Positions 1 through 10,307 are shown, counted from the first letter of the stretch. The stretch: DNA of 64,000 nucleotides from Paraphysomonas bandaiensis (GCA_965644295.1 CBFFRP010000065.1:62001-126000), one strand, 5' to 3'. The notes: generated from the sequence alone by a model not told the origin. Numbers and translations are program-made.

Positions 1-2035
1 ATATCGTAGTGTTGGTGTTGTACGTAGGATTTTGCTGCTGCTCCTGTCCTGTCGCACTGGACTTGTGCTTGTGTATGGTATATGGCACTGTACTCTATAT
101 ACAGTAAAACTATCAAGAGGATTGAGTTGGTTATTAAGCACTGCGTGTCTATCCTGTCAGGGAGTATTGTCAAAACACATAGCAGAACAGGATCGATTCA
201 GTGAAACAGACTCCGTAATCATCACTCTCCATATTCTGTACCATCACCAATGAGTCTTTCAAATGAAAGCATCATTAAACCAAGCCGGCCACACTCTTTC
301 AAAGTTGCTATTCCAGTAACACCCCAGTGGAAAATTGATGCCATTGCCAGGTTAGTTATCATATCTATTAACCAGCACCGAGATAACGATATATTTAGAT
401 ATAAAGCCAAGCAAAATTTGAAAAAACGAGGGCATGGAGCTATAGTGGGTAGGCCGTGCAATGAGTTATTTCCTAAGGCAGACAAAAAATTGAAAATTGA
501 TGCTGTGAACCAAGGATGTGTTGTAAGTAGCCCCCTTCTATATGAACTAAAACGTATTCTCAACTTAATTTCACAGGATATTACAGTCGAGATTAAGAAT
601 CTGAATAATGCCCGGTGTTTACTGATCTGGCTATTGAAGAAGTCGACCTTGTATGAAACAAATCTAAACCATGCTTAATGTCGAAATCTATCAATTCGTG
701 TTTTGCCACCACTTTGTAAATTATTTTCGCACCATTCATAATTTATTTCACTCTGAATTGTCTGATTTATATGCGTTGTTGACGTCGTTGTTGCGTGCTC
801 TACATGAAGTGCAAATGAGTCCGTTAGCTACTAATATATTTATTTTAATGGCCACTGCCTATTATGATCTAATACTTACGCACGCTATACTACCACCTAA
901 TGACTTCTAAGTATAAATGTAGTATAAGTTTTAATAGTACACTAAATATTAAATATCACAGATAGGAAACGGGTGAAACATCAACTTGTTAGCTTTACAT
1001 GAACGGAATATTAAAATAAAGGTTTCAACAAATTACCAACAAGAATATAATGTACAACGTATGAAGTATGTCCTGTATAGGTACATGTCGGAATGGTATA
1101 GTTGCAATATAAGTAATGTTCAAAGTTCAAAGTACTTTTAATATCTTACACATCATATCGTTTGCGACGAAGAATATTAAATACTGATACACTGAATCAG
1201 ATAGAAGCACGACATTCAAACTCCGTTTATTCTTTGTAGGCTGATTGTTCTGATATTCATATTAGCAAACGTGAAGTAGTATACATTTACAGCCAAGGCA
1301 TAGTGCGATTTCTGAGAAGTGTTTACTGTAATAGAATATACATAAGCATGCGACGTAAAAAAAGCTGGAGGTTTATAATATATAGTAACCAGAATAATAT
1401 CAATACACTCAATACCTCAAATATGTCTTGCTTTTATGAATCCCATCCGTGGCCTCAAACAGAGGCAGGGATATTTATGACATTGGCTTTAATACAGTAA
1501 CATGTAGCGTTCTATTTCTCCACACTATGCCCGCAAAACCATCTCAGTGCGACTGAAAAGAGTGATACTTACAACCGTCTTATCTAACCAGGTCCAATGT
1601 ACAATTGATTCCAACAGTACTGCTCTCAAATGCAGTTGCTTCGGGTACTGTCATTCATAAGATACTCCATACAATATCATTCGAAACAAAGATGAGTGTT
1701 TCTTGTGGGCTCATAGATCTCTTCTATGTCTTTGAAATGATTCATGTGGTAGATAACTAGATTTAGTAATGTATCATCTGCATATGATGGAGAGGGCAGT
1801 GAAGGATATGAGTGTGTACACACAGATCTGCATCATCTCACAGTACAGAGTACTCTACGAGTACAGAAGTGTGTAATAGTACAGATATACAATTCAGCAG
1901 TACATGAGTACATGAGTACAGGAGTACATGAGTACATTCCAGCGATGTCATAACATACATACATACATATCAACCATCACAATGCCTATCCCTCAATCCC
2001 TATAGAAACACTCCTTCACAATCCCCCCTATCAAC

Positions 2036-2697
2036 ATGCATACACCCCTGATAGAGTTCGACCCTGATACCTTCATACTCACCCCCACAGGTGTTAAAGT
2101 AAGCCGCAATGCTCTCATGTGTACACCACAAAATGTTGAGATGCCAGGAGGAAAAGTAAGAGAATACAGCTGTGTATTGAGGATATACATGTGTCTTATA
2201 TGGTCTATATAGAGTATTATTATGCCACATGCGATCATTAGAGGAGACTTCGCTCATATCAGTATACAGAGGTATGTATATATAGATGAGATTATAGGCG
2301 ATGAACTCAGCTGATGAGGTGATGCAGGTACTGCTTCATTGGAGAAAACACAGTTATAAGACCATCTTATTCGATGACAGAAACATTTAAATTTATTCCG
2401 ATGTACATTGGAAAATATACTTATATCGGTAACGACTGTGTAGTTGAGTCGGCCAGTATAGGTCAGGGGTGTACGGTTGGGAATAACTGTATTCTTTCAC
2501 AGCGAACAATACTGAAAGACTATGTTACTGTTGAGGACAACACAGTCGTACCACCCGATATGGTAGTTCCGCCATTTGCTATTATATCCGGTTGCCCTGC
2601 TAGAATTGTTGGAGAATCACCTGAAAGTACATCTACTTGCGCTCAAATTGAGGCAAAAAATAGATTTAAAATGTTTAAAGCACGATCAAAATCGTAG
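2036..2697 (+). CDS. DCTN5: Dynactin subunit 5 (p25), 3 exons
   Basis: Spliced reading: MHTPLIEFDPDTFILTPTGVKVSRNALMCTPQNVEMPGGK / SIIMPHAIIRGDFAHISIQR / YCFIGENTVIRPSY...FIPMYIGKYTYIGNDCVVESASIG...VVPPDMVVPPFAIISGCPARIVGE. These are left-handed beta-helix hexapeptide repeats typical of p25. GT-AG introns begin at 2156 and ~2272. Confidence 0.93.
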
Positions 2698-2868
2698 CAC
2701 ATCAGCTAGTTTTTTGTGCTTGTTACGTCATCATTCGTGATTAGGGTTAGACGCTGGATTTATTTATTAATTTCGTATATTTGATGTAATAGAATAGGAT
2801 GTTCTTTGGATGAGACGTAGTATGAAATTCCTCGCCGCTGACACACGTAGAAACTACAAAGTAGAGAT

Positions 2869-3397
2869 TGCCCCATTCTGAGAGCGTACCCTAGTGAAGT
2901 GTTAGTGTTGACTAAGCTAAGTAACGTATAGATTATTAATAAAAATCTCAGCGTATTCTTTGTGTGTCGGCACCAAGAAAACGCTAGCTAGATCTACACT
3001 ATACTTGCATAGCCTATATGAGATTACGAGAAACCCCGCGCATTCTAGGGGAGGGAGGGGGGCGGCCAATGTCACACTAGACCTATACTGAGTCATGCAT
3101 GGTCACGAGAATCCCCGCGTAATCTTTGTTAGATGGGAAGGTACACATGGTCCTACGTCCTACTAGAATCTGCGCGAAAGTCATGCATATAGTTATGCAT
3201 ATAGTTATGAGAAATCCCGCGTAATCTAACCAAAGAAGGTTAACACAGGTGGAGGGGACTACAGAATGTGCGCGTGATCTATGTGGTCAGCTACGTTGGT
3301 ACACGGGTGGGTGGGTAGTAGAATCAGTGCAATATCTCGGTGTTTTAGGTGGGGCACCAGCCAGCCTACACTGTGGCCACGCCCTCGGAATGGGGCA
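2869..3397. mobile_element. Non-autonomous TIR element (529 bp), TG...CA ends, 5-bp TSD
   Basis: Left end TGCCCCATTCTGAGAGCGT versus reverse complement of right end TGCCCCATTCCGAGGGCGT (17/19). GAGAT lies directly outside both ends (2864-2868, 3398-3402). An internal 18-bp motif is repeated 6-7 times. No ORF. Confidence 0.75.
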
Positions 3398-3899
3398 GAG
3401 ATGTCTGCATTTCTACTATGGTATTTAAGTTTGTGATTTAGTCGTGGCTATCAGTCACATCAACGCATCAGACTTCGATAATAGGTGGTCACAACTCTTT
3501 TAATCTACTGAGGGAAAGAAGTTGTAATAGATTGGGAAATATTATACAACTACGCTGTATTCAAATTGATCTTAAAATTGTTTGGTAGCATACAATGCTT
3601 AAGTATCAGCTATAGACTTTCAAGAAAATATTGCAATTATTTAGCCAGAACCTTCGCATAACGTTCTCTCCGTTGTATCTGTTTATTTTTCATATATTCA
3701 CATACCATGAATACCTTACATAGTCATATACTGATATTGGAACTACTTTCTTCGAAGCCAAATGCGTTGTTATATTTGCTTGGCGTTTGCTTTCTCTTTA
3801 AAAAAACTTCATGAGCTTAGAAGTGACACATAGTATATGATGATAACATAAGAAGGCAGAATTGAAGAAGTTTGTCGTCCAGTCGACTTTACGGCTATC

Positions 3900-4160
3900 A
3901 AAAGGATTTCCTGCTACAGATCAAACTAAACACTGTTGAAAGATATTCACCAAATGTGTTGAGACATACATGTTGAGTTGACATGGATCATGACTAAAAC
4001 TTATGGGAATGATCATAAACCAGCCCAAATTAGTGAACCAAGTTAGAATTAAATCGTAAGCCCAGTCGGCGTCAACACATATAGGCATATCAAATATGCC
4101 ACCACAAAAATGTACCTCTATTCAAATAGAACCGCTTACATATTGCAGCAGGACAACGTC
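3900..4160 (-). pseudogene. Degenerate copia RT/RNase H junction relic
   Basis: Minus strand reads LLQYVSGSI*IEVHFCGGIFDMPICVDADWA, which aligns with VWQYIRGSIDKGIQYGSRRFDFHMFTDADWA in the adjacent young element. It contains stops and frameshifts. Confidence 0.7.
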
Positions 4161-4365
4161 TTATATAAGTTCTATTAAGCAGTATTGCAACCTATACCCT
4201 CAACAAATTCGGGCTCGCACCTTTTCGTGGTGTTCTGGGGTATAAGTACCGGAGATATTTCTCCGGGAAACTAACGTGAGCCACATATATAGTCAGCAGA
4301 TATTGTTCTGCTCACTCATAGCCACATGCTTGTATGGTACAAGGGACACTAATATGAGTGTTACT

Positions 4366-4658
4366 TAACAGAAGTTGACATTATTTGCTAAGGTTTACTA
4401 TTCTCAACTGATAAGATGAAATTATAAACATTACATGATAAAGAACCTAAGTTGTGTTCGATGTGTTCAACATCATTCATTTACTACTATAGTGTACAAA
4501 CCACACACTCAGTGATCGTATCCTGTATAGTCATCCACTTCTACTTCAGTTTCATACTACACAATATAATGTACTAATTACATATATATCTTTCGATCCT
4601 TGCATCTCACATAATACTGCACTCAATTGCAAGTATATAGAATCTTCAGATCTCAACA
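4366..4658 (-). repeat. 3' LTR of copia element
   Basis: Identical to 9367-9659 except T4473 vs C9474. The element strand reads TGTTGAGA...CTTCTGTTA. Confidence 0.97.
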
Positions 4659-4667
4659 CTCCCCCTC
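4659..4667 (-). promoter_or_regulatory. Polypurine tract (PPT)
   Basis: GAGGGGGAG lies immediately 5' of the 3' LTR on the element strand. Confidence 0.9.
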
Positions 4668-4781
4668 AATTGAGTGTTGTACTATGACGCCTCCCAGCTA
4701 TTGAATGCCTGAGATAAAAAATTCTTGACAGTAAAATAGACTCATCTCTAAGTCTAAACCTCTGTCTAAAAAACTCAGTCC

Positions 4782-6815
4782 CTACTTGCGTCTTCTTTTA
4801 TCCCTTGGTCCCTCATTAATCACTTCAGTGGAACTCTTAACTTTCTCTCCAAGATTTCTCTTTCTCTGCTCCATATATGATAAACCAACCAATGACTTTG
4901 TATAAATATCTGCTGCTTGTTGCGATGTATGCACATGCACTAACTTAATCGTATTGAACTGATTGGGATCCACGTGCTCTCTCACCATGTGATACTTAAT
5001 CTCAATGTGCTTCGACTTCTTGTGAAACACTGGGTTTTCGGCCAAATCCTGGGCACTCTGACTGTCGATGAAGAATGGTGTGGGTTTGATGAGCCTCAAC
5101 TTAATCTCACCCGTCACCCCCCGAACCCATAGCACTTCTTGGAGACCCGAGTAAATACACTGATACTCAGACTGCATGCTTGACGTTGCCACTGTCGTCT
5201 GCAGTTTGGACTGCCAGACTATAGGCCCTCCCGCTGCAAACCCAACGTACCCCGACGTGGACTTCCTGGAGAGCTGGTCTCCCGCCCAATCCGCGTCAGT
5301 AAACATATGGAAGTCGAACCGTCTACTCCCATATTGAATCCCTTTGTCAATAGAACCACGAATATATTGCCATACGTGTGTTAGTAGCTTGCATACTTCA
5401 ATATTCACCTTATTACTGAACCGAGACAGTACTCCCACTGCATAGGCAATATCCGGCCTCGTGTTCATCGATAGATATAGTAATGCACCTATCAGCGGCC
5501 GATATGGGAAGTTATCTACTATAAGCTGTTCCTCCTCGGTATGCTCATGCCGCGCCCCTTTTGCCACTAAATCCATTGCTTCCGCCGGTAGAGGACTCTT
5601 CCGTACCTTTCGCGGTGACCCAAGATACTTTTCAAACTTTTCTAAGATCTTAGCCGCATATACTGATTGGTCAAGACGAATATACTCTGGCGTTCTTGTG
5701 ACTCGAACATTCAGAAAATGTTCCATCTCGCCCATATCCTTCATATCAAACCGGGCACACAGTTGAGCTTTAATATCCTTCACTATGTTGACATCACGAC
5801 CTAACACTAGGATATCATCCACATATATCGTTAATAATATCAATTCATCGCCCTTATACTGATAATACAAACACGGGTCTAATACACATGGTTTAAAATG
5901 CATAGATCGTATGAATTTATCCAATGTTTTCCACCACGACCGCGGGGAACTCCGAAGCCCGTATAACGACTTCTTCAACTTAAAGCAGTACCCCTCAGGC
6001 AGCTGAAAGTCCGGAGTTGCCTTCATATATACATCCCCCTCTATATCTGCATATAGAAATGCGTTAGACACATCCAGTTGATGAATTACCATGTTCATCA
6101 CGAAAGCTATGGCGATTAACAGTCGCACTGTTACCCCCTTAACAACGGGTGCGAAATGGTTCGCCCAACCACTCGACTGCTGTCCACAACCGATTGCTAC
6201 AAGACGAGCCTTATATCGGCGGACCTCTCCCTCCTTATCGTACTTCTTTCCATAGACGTACTTGGAGTGCAGTGGGACGACTCCGTCCGGTATACGAGTC
6301 ACCTCCATGGTATCTCGCTTCGCCAAACCCTCTCGCTCTACACGGCGAGCTCGTCTCCACTCCCTGTGCTCGGCACTCTCCAAGGACTCACGATGTGTCT
6401 GAGGCACTGTCGACTCTTCCGCTGACATCCACACTGAGTCTGCCTCCTGTAAAAGGTCACTCACATCACTCTCATCACTCAAATGATGGATTTGTCCTAA
6501 CACCGACACATTCGTTACCGTCCTTGGAGTTCTTGCGCGTTTGCCGTGCGGATGATTCTCGGCAGGGGTCCCTTCCCCCGAAGGTAATGCTGAGTCAGCC
6601 TGGGGCTGCACCTGCCCACTTTCCGACTGCTGTGGCACCACTCCGCTGATACCGCCGTCACGGTTGTCAGTAACTCTGGCCCTAACCACCCTCTGCGCAA
6701 GATCCTCTGTCATCTTCTTGATGTCAGCAATATGAATAGGAGTTTTATCCTCCACTTGAACCTGGTTACCAGTAACCAACGACCGGTATCCCACAATAAG
6801 TCCCTTCCTTATCAC
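4782..6815 (-). CDS. pol: Copia polyprotein, C-terminal part (IN tail, reverse transcriptase, RNase H); frameshifted from the upstream ORF
   Basis: YKARLVA, QLDVSNAFLYA, LKKSLYGL, YVDD, TRPDIAYAV, FTDADWAG, KHIEIKYH and ADIYTK motifs. Confidence 0.95.
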   Translation of the reverse strand: MIRKGLIVGYRSLVTGNQVQVEDKTPIHIADIKKMTEDLAQRVVRARVTDNRDGGISGVVPQQSESGQVQPQADSALPSGEGTPAENHPHGKRARTPRTVTNVSVLGQIHHLSDESDVSDLLQEADSVWMSAEESTVPQTHRESLESAEHREWRRARRVEREGLAKRDTMEVTRIPDGVVPLHSKYVYGKKYDKEGEVRRYKARLVAIGCGQQSSGWANHFAPVVKGVTVRLLIAIAFVMNMVIHQLDVSNAFLYADIEGDVYMKATPDFQLPEGYCFKLKKSLYGLRSSPRSWWKTLDKFIRSMHFKPCVLDPCLYYQYKGDELILLTIYVDDILVLGRDVNIVKDIKAQLCARFDMKDMGEMEHFLNVRVTRTPEYIRLDQSVYAAKILEKFEKYLGSPRKVRKSPLPAEAMDLVAKGARHEHTEEEQLIVDNFPYRPLIGALLYLSMNTRPDIAYAVGVLSRFSNKVNIEVCKLLTHVWQYIRGSIDKGIQYGSRRFDFHMFTDADWAGDQLSRKSTSGYVGFAAGGPIVWQSKLQTTVATSSMQSEYQCIYSGLQEVLWVRGVTGEIKLRLIKPTPFFIDSQSAQDLAENPVFHKKSKHIEIKYHMVREHVDPNQFNTIKLVHVHTSQQAADIYTKSLVGLSYMEQRKRNLGEKVKSSTEVINEGPRDKRRRK

Positions 6816-9382
6816 ACCACTCTGTTAGTCTTGTATAGCAGACCACCATCCTCATGGTGCTTTCCGATAAGATACTCAAACTCACCCGGTTGACGAGCCT
6901 CGGGATCTATAGCCACTTGAGCCTCCTCCAGCTCTCTATAATAATCCTGAGACCTCTCAGGTACCGATTCATCAAATAATACATGTACAGAGTGTACTAC
7001 GGTGTCCCCCACTAGCACCTTGTATCCTTTTCGATCAGCTGGATACCCTATGAAATAACCTGTCATTGCTTTGTCCTCCCAGTCCTTCCTCCTGTCGGCC
7101 TTGGGTGTTAGCACATATGCTTTGCACCCCCATTTCCGTAGCCACGATAGGCTGGGAACGCTCCCCCCTGGGACACACTCATATGGAGACATCCATCCTT
7201 GCCACGTCCGAGTTGGCATTCGTCGCACAATGTAACATGCAGTTTGATAAGCATCAAACCAGAACGACTTTGGAAGTCCAGATGCCGTCAACATCGTCAG
7301 TGTCATCTCCCCAATTGTTCGGAATTTCCTCTCAGACACCGCGTTGAGCTCTGGCGTGTCTCGTGTTGTATGTGACACCCGAGTCCCATATCGCTGCAAC
7401 AGATACTCTCTTATCTGCTGACTAATAAGTTCGGATCCTCCATCGGCATGATACTCCACTATACGGTTCCACCCCTCGTACTTCACTAAGTGGACCTCGC
7501 ACAAGTGTCGTAGACATTTGAACACCTCCTCTCCGCTTCGAGTCCTCAATCCATATTCCCATATCATCTTTGTTGCTAAGTCCGTAAATAGGAGCACGTA
7601 CTTATACCCTTGTCTGGATTCACAATTGAGGTAGACTGAGATGTCCGCTGTCACTCGTTCCAGAAACCTGACTGCGCTTAGCTCTTCGTTGTCCCGTGAT
7701 TTGAACGAATGCCTGGTTATCTTCGCCTTGGCACACCATTTACACAGGGGTTTCTTGCAACTCTTCTCCTTTGCCTTCGAAAGGTGATGTCGTTGTAGTC
7801 CTGATCCTCTGAATAACATGTGTCGGTGAGCTTCTAATAACTTCGATTTCGAGACATGTCCAGTACGCTCATGTAAGCGATCCAACGCATCTTGTCCTGT
7901 ATTATCCGACAAATTTACCTCCTCCATCTGATTGCACATAGACACATTTGGCAGATTTAACACCTCCATCAAGTCCACATACGGCATTCCTCCATGCTCA
8001 TCGTACTCTCCAGTCAACACCTCGTTTCCAGAGTCCAATTCCACGATTTTAGGCTTTCGAAGCAGTTGTAATCCGTATCCCATTGATCTCAGCATTCCTC
8101 CTGACACAATGTTCTTCACCGCTTCTTCACTAACTCTGATGTCTCTCCATTCCCCGAATGTACCAGCCCCCTGTGTCTCCAATTGAGAACCCTTTCTAGT
8201 TAGTTGGATTGCCCCAAACTCAGGAGTAAATGACTCCAGTGCAATTTTATCCTTTACTATAAACAGTCTTTTACTTGCACAACTGTCCAGATATACACGA
8301 GGTTCTTCCGACGTATCCACCGATAGCAAAACCTCTTCTCCAAACATATTCGCTTCATCATCCGACGACTCTCCGTCGTTGACGTATTTCTTCCATTCTG
8401 TCTCGAATTTCCTGTTCGATTTTCGAGGATTCTCATTATCCGGGTTTTTTATGTTCTTCCGTTTTTTCGACTTGCACTGTCGGGCTTTATGACTAAAATC
8501 TCCACAGATATGACAACCAGTATAATCCTTTGATCCTGGCTGCTGCACACTCTTCGAAGCCTTTTCCTTTGTCTTCCCTTTTCTTTTGAACTTGTCCATT
8601 TTTCTTTGTCGTTCCTTAGCATAACAATTCGCTGCTACATGTCCCTTCTTCCGACAAAATGAACAAACCACTGGCTCCTTCGACGCCGTAAAATTGATCT
8701 CTTCAGATTTGTCTCCCTTTAGTTTCTTCAGCTGCGTCATAGCCTCGTCATACTCTTCACAAGCCTCTTTCACCGAATCAAATGTAGTTGTTGCTTTAGG
8801 CATCATCGCTACCGACATCCATAAATCATGTAATTCCTCTATCTGCAGCGCTGCTTTTATCTTTGCTAATTTACTTGCCTCTGTCTGCGGTTGTCCCAAT
8901 TTTATGAGCTTCTGGATTATACCGTTCAGTCGATCTACCCCAACAGACACCTTTTCCCCCGGCCTTATTTTGAACGAATGGTATTCTGCCGTAGTCTTCT
9001 CCAATACAGTCCCAATCTCGCCTCTGAACCTATCAACCAGTGTCTGAAGGAGCTCACTGGATAACACCTCCTTAGCAGGATCATCAGCAGGTAAAATTGC
9101 CTTCCCCTCCAAATATTGATTGGCTACCTCCAACACATCAGGGTCATGCTCGCAAGCCTCCCAAATAGTACTAACACAGGTATCATTACGCTCTCTCCAT
9201 GACTCTAAATTCCTTCCTCCGGCTGGCGGGTCCTCCAAGCCAAGATGGTTTCGGTTTTTCTTCATTAGATGCATCTTGATTTTTCTCGCTGAATAGTCTG
9301 CTTGGTTCTTGTCAAACCGTAGCTTCTTGTCATCTTCCCCATCCCTACAACTACCATCCGCTACCATAACAGAAGTTGACAT
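6812..9382 (-). CDS. gag-pol: Copia polyprotein, N-terminal part (Gag with two CCHC knuckles, protease, integrase)
   Basis: CSFCRKKGHVAANC and CHICGDFSHKARQC knuckles; LDSCAS protease site; H-H-C-C zinc motif (LHERTGH...CKWC); D,D,E (TADIS, HADGGSE, NAVSER); WGCKAYV...FIGY...KGY. Confidence 0.95.
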   Translation of the reverse strand: MSTSVMVADGSCRDGEDDKKLRFDKNQADYSARKIKMHLMKKNRNHLGLEDPPAGGRNLESWRERNDTCVSTIWEACEHDPDVLEVANQYLEGKAILPADDPAKEVLSSELLQTLVDRFRGEIGTVLEKTTAEYHSFKIRPGEKVSVGVDRLNGIIQKLIKLGQPQTEASKLAKIKAALQIEELHDLWMSVAMMPKATTTFDSVKEACEEYDEAMTQLKKLKGDKSEEINFTASKEPVVCSFCRKKGHVAANCYAKERQRKMDKFKRKGKTKEKASKSVQQPGSKDYTGCHICGDFSHKARQCKSKKRKNIKNPDNENPRKSNRKFETEWKKYVNDGESSDDEANMFGEEVLLSVDTSEEPRVYLDSCASKRLFIVKDKIALESFTPEFGAIQLTRKGSQLETQGAGTFGEWRDIRVSEEAVKNIVSGGMLRSMGYGLQLLRKPKIVELDSGNEVLTGEYDEHGGMPYVDLMEVLNLPNVSMCNQMEEVNLSDNTGQDALDRLHERTGHVSKSKLLEAHRHMLFRGSGLQRHHLSKAKEKSCKKPLCKWCAKAKITRHSFKSRDNEELSAVRFLERVTADISVYLNCESRQGYKYVLLFTDLATKMIWEYGLRTRSGEEVFKCLRHLCEVHLVKYEGWNRIVEYHADGGSELISQQIREYLLQRYGTRVSHTTRDTPELNAVSERKFRTIGEMTLTMLTASGLPKSFWFDAYQTACYIVRRMPTRTWQGWMSPYECVPGGSVPSLSWLRKWGCKAYVLTPKADRRKDWEDKAMTGYFIGYPADRKGYKVLVGDTVVHSVHVLFDESVPERSQDYYRELEEAQVAIDPEARQPGEFEYLIGKHHEDGGLLYKTNRVV
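9356..9366 (-). promoter_or_regulatory. Primer-binding site, probably initiator tRNA-Met
   Basis: TGGTAGCGGAT directly abuts the 5' LTR. It is complementary to a tRNA 3' end ...CCGCU-A-CCA; U72 and A73 fit the eukaryotic initiator tRNA. Confidence 0.8.
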
Positions 9383-9659
9383 TATTTGCTAAGGTTTACT
9401 ATTCTCAACTGATAAGATGAAATTATAAACATTACATGATAAAGAACCTAAGTTGTGTTCGATGTGTTCAACACCATTCATTTACTACTATAGTGTACAA
9501 ACCACACACTCAGTGATCGTATCCTGTATAGTCATCCACTTCTACTTCAGTTTCATACTACACAATATAATGTACTAATTACATATATATCTTTCGATCC
9601 TTGCATCTCACATAATACTGCACTCAATTGCAAGTATATAGAATCTTCAGATCTCAACA
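9367..9659 (-). repeat. 5' LTR of copia element
   Basis: Direct repeat of 4366-4658. Confidence 0.97.
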
Positions 9660-9870
9660 TTACTTGGTGTAGATGTCTTTGGGTCTGACGAATGGACAGG
9701 CATTCGGGAATGGGCCCACCTCAAGAGCATCCGTGATATTGGACTGCCTGCTGAAGTCAAATATCTGGGCTGTTCACCTTGAGGACTCAAAAATCCTGAA
9801 GTTTGCAAATGTAAGGTATATCAACATTTTTTTGCTTAATGCCTTTGCTTTGAGTGATAGAGCAAAGGTG

Positions 9871-10030
9871 GTTGCACCTCGGTGCTTGCGGTGAAGCACA
9901 AGCAGCTTTCGTAGCGTTAAAAAGTAGAGTATCAAAGGTAAGCACTAGTTAGTTAAATTGTTTCGCTACATTAGTTCGGAGTCTTATACATCTATTGCTA
10001 ATAATCAGGCATTCACTACTAATTACAACA
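9871..10030 (-). repeat. Decayed LTR plus PBS of an older copia family
   Basis: Similar over ~150 bp to 43144-43290 and over ~40 bp to 39706-39740 (TTGCACC-NN-GGTGCTTGC...GCACAAGCAG). The element strand begins TGTTGTAATT at 10030. Confidence 0.65.
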
Positions 10031-10307
10031 TATCAGTCATAGGCGTTCAAGCTGCTGGAGTTGCCAGAGATGCTTATTAACGGGATAGCAATTAGATATT
10101 TCAAATATGTTGAGGAGATTGAATAATATACCCCACCAGTTGTACGAAATTACATTATAAATTTATGTTCTAATATAATTTATGTTAAACACTAGTTCAT
10201 ACACACATGAAATATACATAGCCTATGAGCATTCGAGAGCATCTTATTATATAAGGAATACAAACAACGACTATACTTCTAAATCTGAAGAGATATTAGA
10301 CGATTTA

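Larger units (their letters stand above)
4366..9659 (-). mobile_element. Full-length young Ty1/copia LTR retrotransposon
   Basis: Two 293-bp direct repeats with one mismatch, TTACT target-site duplication (4361-4365, 9660-9664), PBS, PPT and gag-PR-IN-RT-RH domain order. Confidence 0.98.

Noticed and set aside
32-910. ORFs 250-678(+), 222-563(-) and 671-910(+)
   Set aside because: No recognisable motif or consistent splice model; may be decayed mobile DNA. Cannot be supported.
2942-3337. CRISPR-like appearance of repeat/spacer pattern
   Set aside because: Repeats are degenerate 18-mers with irregular spacing inside a TIR element, in a eukaryotic context with no cas genes.
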